In this document: piece after piece, positions 34,759-44,550 of the stretch
How the letters are laid out: every line of letters begins with the position of its first letter
Numbering within the stretch: position 1 is the first letter of the stretch
Source of the DNA: an uncultured Nitrososphaerota archaeon
Lineage (GTDB): Archaea > Thermoproteota > Nitrososphaeria > Nitrososphaerales > Nitrosopumilaceae
DNA: 64,000 nucleotides
NCBI GenBank assembly: GCA_963824385.1
Contig: CAWGPD010000004.1
Span: 320,001-384,000 of the forward strand
Reading direction: 5' to 3'
Position numbers and translations under genes: made by a program
Notes under the pieces: generated by a model
Database searches by the model: none
Told to the model about the DNA's origin: nothing
What the model saw: only the letters and a program-made list of their open reading frames with translations

Positions 34759-35928
34759 TTGAGCGAGCTTATCCTCAGTTCTGAGTTGTTAAACAGATTG
34801 GTTGATGGTAGGACACCATCAAAAACTGAATCTTATCAGATCTATCAAGATGCAGAAAGAGAGTCTTCAGAACTTTACAAGGTATCACAATTTTTAAGAA
34901 GTAATCACAAGGGTTCGGTTGTAACCTATTCAAGAAAAGCCTTTTTCAATTTGATAAATCTTTGTCGTGATACTTGTTCTTATTGTACATACAAATCAGA
35001 GCCAGGTCAGGCAAAAATTTCAATGTTGTCAAAGAAAAATATTGCAGAACTTGTCAGTATTGGAAAAAAATACAATTGCACTGAAGCATTATTTGTCACA
35101 GGTGAACGACCGGAGCAAAAATATCAAGAGGCAAAAACATGGCTTAAAGAAAATGGATTTTCAAGTACTGCTGAATATCTGGTTTATGCATCAGAAATTG
35201 CATTAGAGGGAGGACTTTTTCCACATACTAATGCCGGAAATCTTACAAAAGATGAGATGCGTGAATTAAAAAAGACAAATGCAAGTCTTGGTCTAATGCT
35301 AGAGAATGCAAGCGAAAGACTTTCAGAAAAAAACATGGCCCATCAATTTGCCCCAAGTAAAAATCCTAAAGCAAGAATAAAGATACTCCAAAATGCAGGA
35401 GAGTTGAAAATTCCAATGACTACAGGATTACTTTTAGGAATTGGAGAAAATCCATTTGAATTAATTGATTCAATTTATTCCATAAAAGAGATTCATGATA
35501 AATACAATAACATTCAAGAAGTAATTTTACAAAATTTTCAGCCAAAACATGATACTCCTATGAGAGACAGTCCTTCAGCACAAGAAAAATACTTTAAGAT
35601 AATGGTTGCAATAACTAGAACAATTCTTCCTAAAATGAATATCCAGATACCTCCAAATTTATCACCTAAATCATATTCATCATTTCTGTCAGCAGGAATT
35701 AATGACTGGGGAGGAATATCACCCATAACCCGTGATTATGTAAATCCAGAATTTCCATGGCCTCAAATTGAAGAAGTCGGGAAACATTGTTCTGAGGCAG
35801 GATTTCAACTAAGAGCAAGATTCCCAGTTTACCCAGAATTTTTCTCGCACGTCAACTCGGATTTACGCTCAAGGATGAAAGAAATTTCAGATTCTGAAAA
35901 TTTAGTAAGCAAGGAGTATATCAAATGA
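34759..35928 (+). CDS. cofG: FO synthase subunit 1 (radical SAM)
   Basis: CRDTCSYC, LFPHTNAG, SLGLMLE, IQEVILQNF, QIPPNL, NDWGGISP. Confidence 0.95.
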   Translation: MSELILSSELLNRLVDGRTPSKTESYQIYQDAERESSELYKVSQFLRSNHKGSVVTYSRKAFFNLINLCRDTCSYCTYKSEPGQAKISMLSKKNIAELVSIGKKYNCTEALFVTGERPEQKYQEAKTWLKENGFSSTAEYLVYASEIALEGGLFPHTNAGNLTKDEMRELKKTNASLGLMLENASERLSEKNMAHQFAPSKNPKARIKILQNAGELKIPMTTGLLLGIGENPFELIDSIYSIKEIHDKYNNIQEVILQNFQPKHDTPMRDSPSAQEKYFKIMVAITRTILPKMNIQIPPNLSPKSYSSFLSAGINDWGGISPITRDYVNPEFPWPQIEEVGKHCSEAGFQLRARFPVYPEFFSHVNSDLRSRMKEISDSENLVSKEYIK

Positions 35929-37193
35929 GCATAATTCATACAGCTTTATTTGATTCACTCCTAAGAAGATCTGACCCATTAATATCGGAGACATTGAACC
36001 GTGCCTTGGATGAAAAAGAAATTTCTATCAGTGAGGCAACAAGGTTGTTTTATGCAAAAGGACTTGATTTTCATCTCGTTGGAATAGTTGCAGATGAACT
36101 AAGAAAGAGAAGAGTTGGAGATATTGTCACATATGTTGTAAATAGAAACATCAATTTTACTAATGTCTGCATAAAGCAATGCGGTTTTTGTGCATTTAGT
36201 AGAGACTTTCGTGAGGAAGAGGGATATTTTTTACCAATGGATGAAATAGTGAGGCGGGCAAAAGAAGCACAAGCACTAGGTGCTACAGAAGTTTGCGTCC
36301 AAGCAGGATTACCTCCAGACATGGACGGAGATACATATGAGAACATTTGCAGAGCCATCAAATCAGAAGTTGGCGATATTCACATTCATGGTTTTTCACC
36401 TGAAGAAGTACTATACGGAGCTACAAGATCAAACATCTCGATAAAAGAATATTTGATTAGATTAAAAAATGCAGGAGTTAATTCCTTACCAGGAACTGCA
36501 GCTGAAATTTTAGATCAGGATATGCGAGATAAAATCTCACCAGGCAGAATTAGTGTTAGCAAGTGGATAGAAGTTATCAAGACTGCACACAAGATAGGAA
36601 TACCATCAACTTCAACTATCATGTATGGTCATTTGGAATCACCTGAGGATAGAGCAAAACACATAGCGTTGATAAGAGACATACAAAAAGAGACAAAAGG
36701 ATTTACAGAGTTTGTTCCGTTAAATTTCATTCATTCAGAAGCTCCAATGTATAAAGAGAATTTACATTTGAACATCAGAAACGGAGCAGATGGAAATGAT
36801 GTCTTGCTGATGCATGCAGTATCACGAATCATGTTAAACAATCACATAAACAACATTCAGACGTCGTGGGTAAAAGAAGGAGCAGGAATGGCACAATTAT
36901 CATTATGTTGGGGAGCAAACGACTTTGGTGGTACTCTAATCAACGAAAGTATCTCCACAGCAGCAGGTTCTGGACATGGTCAATTATTAAAACCAAAAGA
37001 TATCAGACAAGTAATAAGACAGATAGGAAGAATTCCAGCCCAGAGGACAACATCTTACAAGATAATCAAGAATTATGCTTCAGAAGAAGGTAAAGACCCA
37101 CTGGATGAGATTCAAAATACTTCTCAGTTTGGGTCATATCAAGAATTGATAAAACTTGATAGATATAGGTACAAAAACAATAGGCGAAACTAG
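35925..37193 (+). CDS. cofH: FO synthase subunit 2 (radical SAM)
   Basis: NRNINFTNVCIKQCGFCAF, PGTAAEIL, TIMYGH, NIQTSWVK, GANDFGGTL..ESIS. Confidence 0.95.
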   Translation: MSIIHTALFDSLLRRSDPLISETLNRALDEKEISISEATRLFYAKGLDFHLVGIVADELRKRRVGDIVTYVVNRNINFTNVCIKQCGFCAFSRDFREEEGYFLPMDEIVRRAKEAQALGATEVCVQAGLPPDMDGDTYENICRAIKSEVGDIHIHGFSPEEVLYGATRSNISIKEYLIRLKNAGVNSLPGTAAEILDQDMRDKISPGRISVSKWIEVIKTAHKIGIPSTSTIMYGHLESPEDRAKHIALIRDIQKETKGFTEFVPLNFIHSEAPMYKENLHLNIRNGADGNDVLLMHAVSRIMLNNHINNIQTSWVKEGAGMAQLSLCWGANDFGGTLINESISTAAGSGHGQLLKPKDIRQVIRQIGRIPAQRTTSYKIIKNYASEEGKDPLDEIQNTSQFGSYQELIKLDRYRYKNNRRN

Positions 37194-38543
37194 TTGTCAT
37201 ATTGTAATGACATACTCAAAAGATCAAGGGCTATGCATTTGGATGAATGCGAAGCAATCTCAATACAGAAAAAGATTACAACGGTAAGAATTACTGACTC
37301 TGAAATAGCAGAGATAAAACATAATCAAGAAGATTCTGTTGCAGTACGCATTATTCATGAAAAGAAAATTATGTCATCTAGATCATTTTCAAGCGAAGAA
37401 GATATTCTAGATAAAATTTTAAAGACAAAATCATTTATACAGCCAAAGAATTTTTGGAAATCACTTCCATCTCCTTCAAAAATAATGAAAATAGCAAAAA
37501 CCTATGACTCACAGCTTGCCAACATATCAGGGACTAGTGCAATAGATATTGCAAATGAAATGATAAATTCTGCCAGCCATGGTAAAATAACACGAATTTC
37601 AGGTTCTCTTAATATCGTTTCAGAGCATTTTCAGATAATGAATACAAATGGCATAGATTATTCAGATGATTCCACATTTATCGCAGGAACAATCAATGCA
37701 GACTCGGAATCAGACTTGCCAGTCAGCGGCATAGGCATGAATTGCTCAAGAACTCTAGAGAGTTTTTCAGCACAAAATGTTGGCAGTGATGCTTTAGAGA
37801 TGTGTACAAATTCAATTAATCCAAAGAGAGTTGAACAAGATTCCTATGACATAATTTTTGAGCCTTATGCATTTGGGGAGTTGCTAGCATTTATTTTTTC
37901 TTCAAACTTTAATTTAAAGACATATTCTGAGAAACGAAGTTGCTTTTCGGACAAATTGGGCAGTATTATTTCAAATGAGAATTTTAGTCTTATAGACGAT
38001 CCACATAGTCCAGATGGTATTGGTAGTAAACCATTTGATGATGAGGGAACTGCAACATTACCCCAATTTCTAATAAAATCAGGAGTCATGACGGGTTTAT
38101 TTTCAGATTCTTTTGAGGCATTTAAGAATGGAACCATCTCAAGTGGAAATGCAACACGACTAGGATCACCAGTAGGAAGGTCTACACAATCCATTCCAAT
38201 CATCATGCCCCATAACTTGAAAGTTCCAAATGGTAATTATTCCAAAAATGAAATTATTCAAGAAACAAAAAAAGGATTGCTGATTGGCAGATTATGGTAT
38301 ACATATCCTGTAAATCCAGAGCAGGGAGATTTTTCATGCACTGCGCGAAGTGGAATTAGAATAATTGAAAATGGTAAAATGGTTTTTCCTGGTAGATCTG
38401 TTAGAATAGTTCACAATCTAAAAACAATGCTTGGAAACATTTTATCAGTTGGAAACGATTCAAAAAATATTCTCCAGTGGAGTTCTTTGCCATCCATAAC
38501 ACCTACTGTTAAAGTAGGCTCAGTAAAAGCAACTCCAATCTAA
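37194..38543 (+). CDS. TldD/PmbA-family protein (PmbA-like)
   Basis: DIIFEPYA, DDP....GSKPFDDEG, SGNA.R, GDFS. Confidence 0.88.
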   Translation: MSYCNDILKRSRAMHLDECEAISIQKKITTVRITDSEIAEIKHNQEDSVAVRIIHEKKIMSSRSFSSEEDILDKILKTKSFIQPKNFWKSLPSPSKIMKIAKTYDSQLANISGTSAIDIANEMINSASHGKITRISGSLNIVSEHFQIMNTNGIDYSDDSTFIAGTINADSESDLPVSGIGMNCSRTLESFSAQNVGSDALEMCTNSINPKRVEQDSYDIIFEPYAFGELLAFIFSSNFNLKTYSEKRSCFSDKLGSIISNENFSLIDDPHSPDGIGSKPFDDEGTATLPQFLIKSGVMTGLFSDSFEAFKNGTISSGNATRLGSPVGRSTQSIPIIMPHNLKVPNGNYSKNEIIQETKKGLLIGRLWYTYPVNPEQGDFSCTARSGIRIIENGKMVFPGRSVRIVHNLKTMLGNILSVGNDSKNILQWSSLPSITPTVKVGSVKATPI

Positions 38544-39545
38544 AGAGACGGTAGAACAAATTGCATGCCAATTCCTACTGCATATAAAATAAGAAGCATT
38601 ATTCCAGATTTTAGGCCCAATTTGTTCCTAAACATTGGGATTAATGCGACAATTGTAATTATAGTGACAAGTATCATTTGATTTTCTAGCATTGCGGTGT
38701 TTGGTATTTTTGCAGTAAATCCTTTGTAACTCATGGCTGCAAAAATAGCAACTGAGAGCAGCAATGTATTGTTGAGTATTTTTGAACCAAGAACATTTGC
38801 AACTGCAACAGATGTACCACTTGCGCCTTTTCTTGCCAAGAAAATCATGGATATTTTTTCAGGCATTTCGCCTGCAATTGGACTGACTATAACAGCCAAT
38901 ATAACAACTGAGACACCAAAATCCACTGATACTCCTTGAAGTGAATTTACAAAAGGTCCTGCACCAATAAAGATTCCAGCAGTTCCTGCAACAAATAAAA
39001 TCATTGCTTTTGTAAAGTGTTTTTTTGATTTGAGTTGCAAAGGACTTTCGTGAAGATTGGCTTCAAGCGGCATTGTCTTTTCTTTCTTCATCTCTCTAAA
39101 AGCAAGTCCTAGATAGACTGCAAATAATCCTGCAAATACTATTCCGTTTATAACATCATAGCCGTTGATGAACATTACAGCACCAACAACTGCTGTTATT
39201 ATTAGAAAAATTTTGTCCAGTCTAAATTCTTTAACATCAATGAATTTTTGTGGTGCTTTTGAAAGACGCGTAGTTGCTATAATCAGCATAATTGCCAATC
39301 CAAACGTCATCATGAACAAGTTACTTCCAAGTGCAGAGCCTATTGCAACACCGTATGATCCATTTTTTGTAGCAGCAACAACTATTCCAATTTCTGGCAA
39401 TGTTGTTGCGACACTAAGTAATGTTCTACCGACAAATCTTCCACCCCACTTTTCTGCAAGGTGTTCAGTCTCCATTAGATAACAACCAGCTGGCAAAAAT
39501 TAATTCTCCCAACCAGCCAAGTAATAGAAACACATTATCGGCCAC
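38540..39545 (-). CDS. Na+/Ca2+ exchanger (CaCA) family antiporter; frameshift near 39470
   Basis: ATTLPE, GSALGSN and GEMPE/NVLGSK alpha repeats. The upstream frame VADNVFLLLGWLGELIFASWLLSNG joins AEHLAEKWG. Confidence 0.88.
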
Positions 39546-39662
39546 TAGATATTTCTCTTAAATCAAGTATTATTATTTGTGACTAAAAATTAGATTACAG
39601 ACAACTAGAATAAAAAAATAGCAATAATGATTTTCAATAATATGAGTTAGCTTTTTAATTTT

Positions 39663-39896
39663 TTAATCTTTAACAATAATCATGGTAAGTGTGGATTTTA
39701 TTCCATCTAATTTTCTTATCTGATCAGTTATGGTAGCCCTCAAGGATTCCATCGAATCAGATTCAATAATCATCAATACGTCATAGACACCATAAACTGG
39801 ATATGCCTCTTTTACATTAGGTATTTTTTTTATTTCGCTTACAATTTGAAGTTCTTTGCCAAGTTCTGCATTCATCAAAACAAAGGCGCTATGCAT
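39663..39896 (-). CDS. Stand-alone Lrp/AsnC ligand-binding (RAM) domain protein
   Basis: AFVLMN..G.E...V.EA..VYGVYD...IRKLDGIKSTLT. Confidence 0.92.
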   Translation of the reverse strand: MHSAFVLMNAELGKELQIVSEIKKIPNVKEAYPVYGVYDVLMIIESDSMESLRATITDQIRKLDGIKSTLTMIIVKD

Positions 39897-40075
39897 GTAA
39901 AAAGTTAGTTTGTCTAGAATAAAAATAGATTGAATTTGTCCAAAAGGGTTAGAAATGTTGATTGCATTTCAGACTTATTTCCCATTTTAGTTTAAATCTA
40001 GTATTAAAACACCCCTATTTTGATTTACGAATAAAAATTCATGAATATAGACTAATCATAGGTGAGGATATGAAA

Positions 40076-40260
40076 TTACTTCCTTTTCATTGATTGTTTT
40101 TCAATTCGTATTTTCTCTAAAAAAACTGAAGAAGATTCATCTTTAGGATCCTTGGTAACCAATTCTCCAGCAAATGCTTTTGTAAGAATGGATCTTTGAA
40201 TTTCATTACTACTTCGTAAACCTAATTCCGCTGACTGATGTATATCATGTGATAAAGAAA
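40076..40260 (-). pseudogene. hsdS: Remnant of a type I restriction-modification specificity subunit (C-terminal conserved helix only)
   Basis: QRSILTKAFAGELVTKDPKDESSSVFLEKIRIEK matches the typical HsdS tail SIL.KAF.GELV.QDP.DEPAS.LLE.I; no TRD domains, hsdM or hsdR nearby. Confidence 0.7.
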
Positions 40261-40443
40261 GAGTTAAAAAAATTAGGCGATAAACTGAGAGATAAATTAG
40301 AAGATGAAGCAATTGATGGTTTTATTAAATTTGCAATGAGGATAGGTTCAGACGCTTTAATTTATTATGTACATTTGACTCCTCATTAGACAGCATTATC
40401 CGAGAAATACAATTTGAATATTTGGACTATAGTGCTATGAATT

Positions 40444-42792
40444 TCAACGTCTGATTTTTGGAATAAAAACAATAGAGAATGTTGCAATTACCAAGATGAT
40501 TGTAGCAAACGAAAATTCAGGAACCGTTGGAGCCATTATTTGTGACATATTCATTATAGTTATAGTATGAGTTGAAAAGTGTGGAACTAGAACCAGAACC
40601 TGTACTCCGCTTTGTGTAACTACTATGGCAAAACTTGGACTATCTGTTGGTTTTGCATGCAATATGGCATCCATGTTTGATGCTGGCGGTATTAGTTTTC
40701 CATCATACATTACACCAAGTTGATTTAGATTTGCCACATTGACTGTTGTAGTATTAAGATTAAACGCAATCACTTTGGGACCTGTCTGACTTGGAGCACT
40801 AACATTCACATTTAGTGAATCAGGTGTATTACTGGTTGTTTGAACTGTAACATTACTGTCAATAGATGTAGTTGTGGATTGGCTTGCACCAACATTTACT
40901 TCAGCCGCTATTGTTTGACTTGCCTTTGCTTGATTGATACTTTGAATGTCTTGTTGAGTTGGGGTAAATACAGAGGTTGGTTGTGGATTTGTTGGCTGAA
41001 CAATCTGGGTGTTTGTTGGTGGAATAACTGCGGTATTTGTTTGTGGATTAATTATTTGATTTGTTGCATCAGAAATTACAGCAATGCCATTAGGAACTGT
41101 CACAAACACTTCTCCCTTGGTAGAGTCATATGCAATATCCATAGGAAACAATCCAACTGGCACTGTTGCAATAACTGTATTTGTTTTATCACTGATGACT
41201 GAGATAGTATTTGCAAATGAATTTGCTACAAATATCTCTCCCTTACCAGAGTCATATGCGACGGCATTAGGTTGTCCTCCAAGTGGAATTGTTGAAACAA
41301 CAGTATTAGTTACATCATTGATTACTGAGACAGTACCAGTACCTATGCTGTTTGTACTTGTCACAAATATCTCTCCCTTACCAGAGTCATATGCGACGGC
41401 ATTAGGTTGTCCTCCAAGTGGAATTGTTGAAACAACAGTATTAGTTACATCATTGATTACTGAGACAGTACCAGTACCTATGCTGTTTGTACTTGTCACA
41501 AATATCTCTCCCTTACCAGAGTCATATGCGACGGCATTAGGTTGTCCTCCAAGTGGAATTGTTGAAACAACAGTATTAGTTACATCATTGATTACTGAGA
41601 CAGTACCAGTACCTATGCTGTTTGTACTTGTCACAAATATCTCTCCCTTACCAGAGTCATATGCGACATAAGCAGAGGATCCAAGTGGAATTGTTGAAAC
41701 AACAGTATTAGTTGCATCGTTGATTACAGAAACTGACCTGTTGCCATTACCATTACCACCATTTGCTACAAATATCTCTCCCTTGACAGAGTCATATGCA
41801 ATGCCCATAGGCTCATCTCCAACTTGAATCGTTTGTGCAAATTTATTTACTAGAAGTGATGGTGTAACAGGGGGTTCTGATGGTGAAACAGTTGGCGGTG
41901 ATGACTGTTGTGGATTTGGTTGTGGTGATGGTGACTGAGGAGTAGGTTGAGTAGGTGGTGATTGAACTCTCGAACCTACTATCACTTGACCTGTCATCCA
42001 TGGATGGACAGTGCAAAAGTAATTGAATGTTCCTGCATTTGCAAAAGTAAATTGGTATGTACCCTGTGGCTTGATTAAATTACCACTGTCAAAAATAGTT
42101 CCAGTTGTAGCATCAGTTGATTTGCCACTTGACACATAATGACTTATGGTATCAGTATTTTTCCAAGTTACTGTTGTTCCCGGTGGAATATTCAGTGGAT
42201 TAGGAGTAAAGCAGTTGTTTACTGCAACACAAGGTGCAGATGCACTAGAACCTGCACCTGGTGTCATATCAATTTCATTTGCTGCTTGAGGTATTGGAAT
42301 TGGTAGAGGTTGTTGATTTGGTGGAGGATTTGAAATGTTTCCAGAAAGACCTGTAAATTGGAAGGTTGTCTGGGCTGTGTTACAAGTACCAATCTGTACT
42401 AACACTGTATATGTGCCTGAAAGTTGCCATTGTGAAGTATTAGTCCCAAATACAATGTTTGATAATTGTTGTGTTTGAATTACCCCCATAACACCTCCTA
42501 CTGGATTTGTTATTTCAAGCACCGCACTAAGTTGACCAGGAGTGTAAGATGACGGTAATTCATGTATTGTAATATCTATTCCACCACCATAATTGTATGA
42601 GGGCTGGTCAGTTGTTAACGGTGATTCCACCTGGAATAGGTGTACAATTTGCACCTGTTGGATTCTGAGTATCATATGGATTGTTATCTGCAAAAGATGG
42701 AATTGTATTCCTCCAATAATAACCAGAGATACTATTGACACAAAAGCGACAACTAGTAATATTCTCGAATAACTCAGGCCTTCGCTTACCAT
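40444..42792 (-). CDS. Surface protein: Ig-like domain + cupredoxin (type 1 Cu) + YVTN beta-propeller + PEF-CTERM anchor
   Basis: Signal/TM N-terminus; FTPNPL..PPGTTVTW.N.D..SH...YFCTVHPWMTG; six AYDS.KGE.FV blades; VPEF + TM + KIRR. Confidence 0.88.
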   Translation of the reverse strand: MVSEGLSYSRILLVVAFVSIVSLVIIGGIQFHLLQITIHMILRIQQVQIVHLFQVESPLTTDQPSYNYGGGIDITIHELPSSYTPGQLSAVLEITNPVGGVMGVIQTQQLSNIVFGTNTSQWQLSGTYTVLVQIGTCNTAQTTFQFTGLSGNISNPPPNQQPLPIPIPQAANEIDMTPGAGSSASAPCVAVNNCFTPNPLNIPPGTTVTWKNTDTISHYVSSGKSTDATTGTIFDSGNLIKPQGTYQFTFANAGTFNYFCTVHPWMTGQVIVGSRVQSPPTQPTPQSPSPQPNPQQSSPPTVSPSEPPVTPSLLVNKFAQTIQVGDEPMGIAYDSVKGEIFVANGGNGNGNRSVSVINDATNTVVSTIPLGSSAYVAYDSGKGEIFVTSTNSIGTGTVSVINDVTNTVVSTIPLGGQPNAVAYDSGKGEIFVTSTNSIGTGTVSVINDVTNTVVSTIPLGGQPNAVAYDSGKGEIFVTSTNSIGTGTVSVINDVTNTVVSTIPLGGQPNAVAYDSGKGEIFVANSFANTISVISDKTNTVIATVPVGLFPMDIAYDSTKGEVFVTVPNGIAVISDATNQIINPQTNTAVIPPTNTQIVQPTNPQPTSVFTPTQQDIQSINQAKASQTIAAEVNVGASQSTTTSIDSNVTVQTTSNTPDSLNVNVSAPSQTGPKVIAFNLNTTTVNVANLNQLGVMYDGKLIPPASNMDAILHAKPTDSPSFAIVVTQSGVQVLVLVPHFSTHTITIMNMSQIMAPTVPEFSFATIILVIATFSIVFIPKIRR
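41228..41667. repeat. Perfect intragenic tandem repeat, 135-bp unit x ~3.3
   Basis: gtcatatgcgac recurs at 41251, 41386, 41521 and 41656; each unit encodes one 45-aa YVTN blade. Confidence 0.95.
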
Positions 42793-42831
42793 TATATAGT
42801 AATAAACCATATCATGTTTTTCAAAGTATGC

Positions 42832-43053
42832 CTATTCAAGGATTAATTCTCCCACATCAAAGCAATTCTTGCACACCCAATGAAAATCTGGACTTGGTCT
42901 AGAACTACTTGCAAGTTTCACCTCATTCTTGTCAATTCCTCGTATAATCTCATTTATTCTGTTAGACCTTAGAAATATTACTACGATATTATCAGATTTA
43001 CAAGAAGGACAGCAAATCTTGCCTTTTGTCCAGTATGTGATATTTAGTTTCAT
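42832..43053 (-). CDS. Small zinc-finger protein
   Basis: CPSCKS ... WVCKNC. Confidence 0.65.
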   Translation of the reverse strand: MKLNITYWTKGKICCPSCKSDNIVVIFLRSNRINEIIRGIDKNEVKLASSSRPSPDFHWVCKNCFDVGELILE

Positions 43054-43054
43054 G

Positions 43055-43279
43055 CTATAAACTACTCAGGAAATTTCCAAGTTGAGTTTCTGCTGAATCT
43101 AGTATTGCAATACAAGGGCCACTTGTAATTACATACCTAATTGCATGAAAGGTTAACAGTATCAGAGTCTTACCAAAGAGAAGTGTTGTCTTGCTTGCTA
43201 CTTCAAGAATGGTAGTAAACGCAACTTCATGGGCATGTTTCTTTATTTTATCAGAGTTTTTATGATGAAAAATGCTCAT
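43055..43279 (-). CDS. Hypothetical protein
   Basis: 74-aa ORF coupled by ATGA overlap to the TPR gene and 1 bp from the next gene. Confidence 0.5.
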   Translation of the reverse strand: MSIFHHKNSDKIKKHAHEVAFTTILEVASKTTLLFGKTLILLTFHAIRYVITSGPCIAILDSAETQLGNFLSSL

Positions 43280-43753
43280 GAGTACATTTGCTCCTGTTTG
43301 CCTTGCAGATTGATTAGTTGATTCTTCCAGAGTAGTGCGTGTTGATCTTTTGGATTAATTTCTAATACTTTGTCATAGCATTGTATTGCAGACTCGTATT
43401 GTTCTAGTTTACAAAGACTAGATGCCTTCCCTAGAATTGAATGAGTATCTCCAGCCTCTACAGAAATTGCCTTGTCATAGAATACAATTGCATCAGTGTA
43501 TCTTCCAAGGTAATAGTATGCTTCTGCCTTGTAATACAATGCAGTAGAGTCTTGCGGATGTTTTTGTAGAACTTTATCAAGATATACAATTGCTTCAGGA
43601 TATGTTTCTATTCTAAGAAGAGCAAATCCCTTGTGTAATAATGCATCACGGTTGTCAGGCTCTACTCCAAGAATTTTATTATAACATTCTATTGCATTAT
43701 TATACTTGGCTTTCTTCTCAAAATCTTGACCTGTCGAAATATTGTACGGACAT
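43276..43753 (-). CDS. TPR-repeat protein (~158 aa); frameshift just after the start
   Basis: Frame is open upstream of the ORF-track start (KYNNAIECYNKILGVEPDNRDALLHKG..., YPEAIVYLDKVLQKHP); about four TPRs; ATG at 43753 is one base out of frame. Confidence 0.82.
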
Positions 43754-43945
43754 TAATCTTATTTTCAGTCAGTTCCGTAGAAGACAGGGTGTTTTTTGTA
43801 TTTTTCATACAATATATTGTATTCAATATTACTTAACTTTTACCGATATGTAATTCAGTTATACTTAATTTCTATGCGTAAAATAAATCTGTTTTAAATC
43901 CACATTCAACCAAACTTAATTAGCCTATGCACAAATCAAGAAATC

Positions 43946-44494
43946 ATGCTTCCAGAACTTGATTTAATTAAAAAAACACGGTCAAGGCTTGGCATGACAC
44001 AAAAAGAACTTGCAAGAAAAAGCAGTATCAGTCCCTCCATGCTAAATCAAATAGAGCGCAAGGGTGCGCAACCAAGCTACGCCACGGCAAAAAAAATATT
44101 TGAAGTACTGGAAACTGAGGAAAACAAGGTACGCCTAAAGGCAGGAGATATTTGCACGCGTAATATCATAACACTTTCACCAACAGCCACGGTAGGTGAT
44201 GCAGTAAAGTTGTTAAGTTCTAAAAAGATCAGCCAGATACCCATAATGAACAGAAATACTTGTGTGGGACTGATAACAAGTGACGATATAACATCCCAAC
44301 TGGGTAACAACTTGTTTGATATAAAGACTAAACTTGGCAAGATTGAAAGTTCCCAGCCGCCAGTCGTATCAATTGACAGCCCAGCCATCAGCCTTAGATC
44401 ACATCTGTCTTACTCTAAATGCATTCTTGTATCAGACAAGGGAAAGATAGTTGGAATTATTACATCGGAAGACTTTCACAAATTGATAGATTAA
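43946..44494 (+). CDS. XRE-type HTH transcriptional regulator with C-terminal CBS pair
   Basis: RSRLGMTQKELARKSSISPSMLNQIER..AQPSY; ISQIPIM, IVGIITSEDF. Confidence 0.92.
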   Translation: MLPELDLIKKTRSRLGMTQKELARKSSISPSMLNQIERKGAQPSYATAKKIFEVLETEENKVRLKAGDICTRNIITLSPTATVGDAVKLLSSKKISQIPIMNRNTCVGLITSDDITSQLGNNLFDIKTKLGKIESSQPPVVSIDSPAISLRSHLSYSKCILVSDKGKIVGIITSEDFHKLID

Positions 44495-44550
44495 AAATTA
44501 GCCCAGCGGTTCCACCGATTGGTCATGATATTTAATCTGGGCAGATTCAG

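Noticed and set aside
13966..37193. F420 pathway genes (cofC/cofD and cofG/cofH) as a novelty
   Set aside because: F420 biosynthesis genes are established in ammonia-oxidising archaea.
41084..41671. 195-aa repetitive plus-strand ORF, or a possible CRISPR-like array
   Set aside because: Antisense of the YVTN repeats; units are contiguous, in-frame 135-bp copies with no unique spacers, and there are no cas genes.
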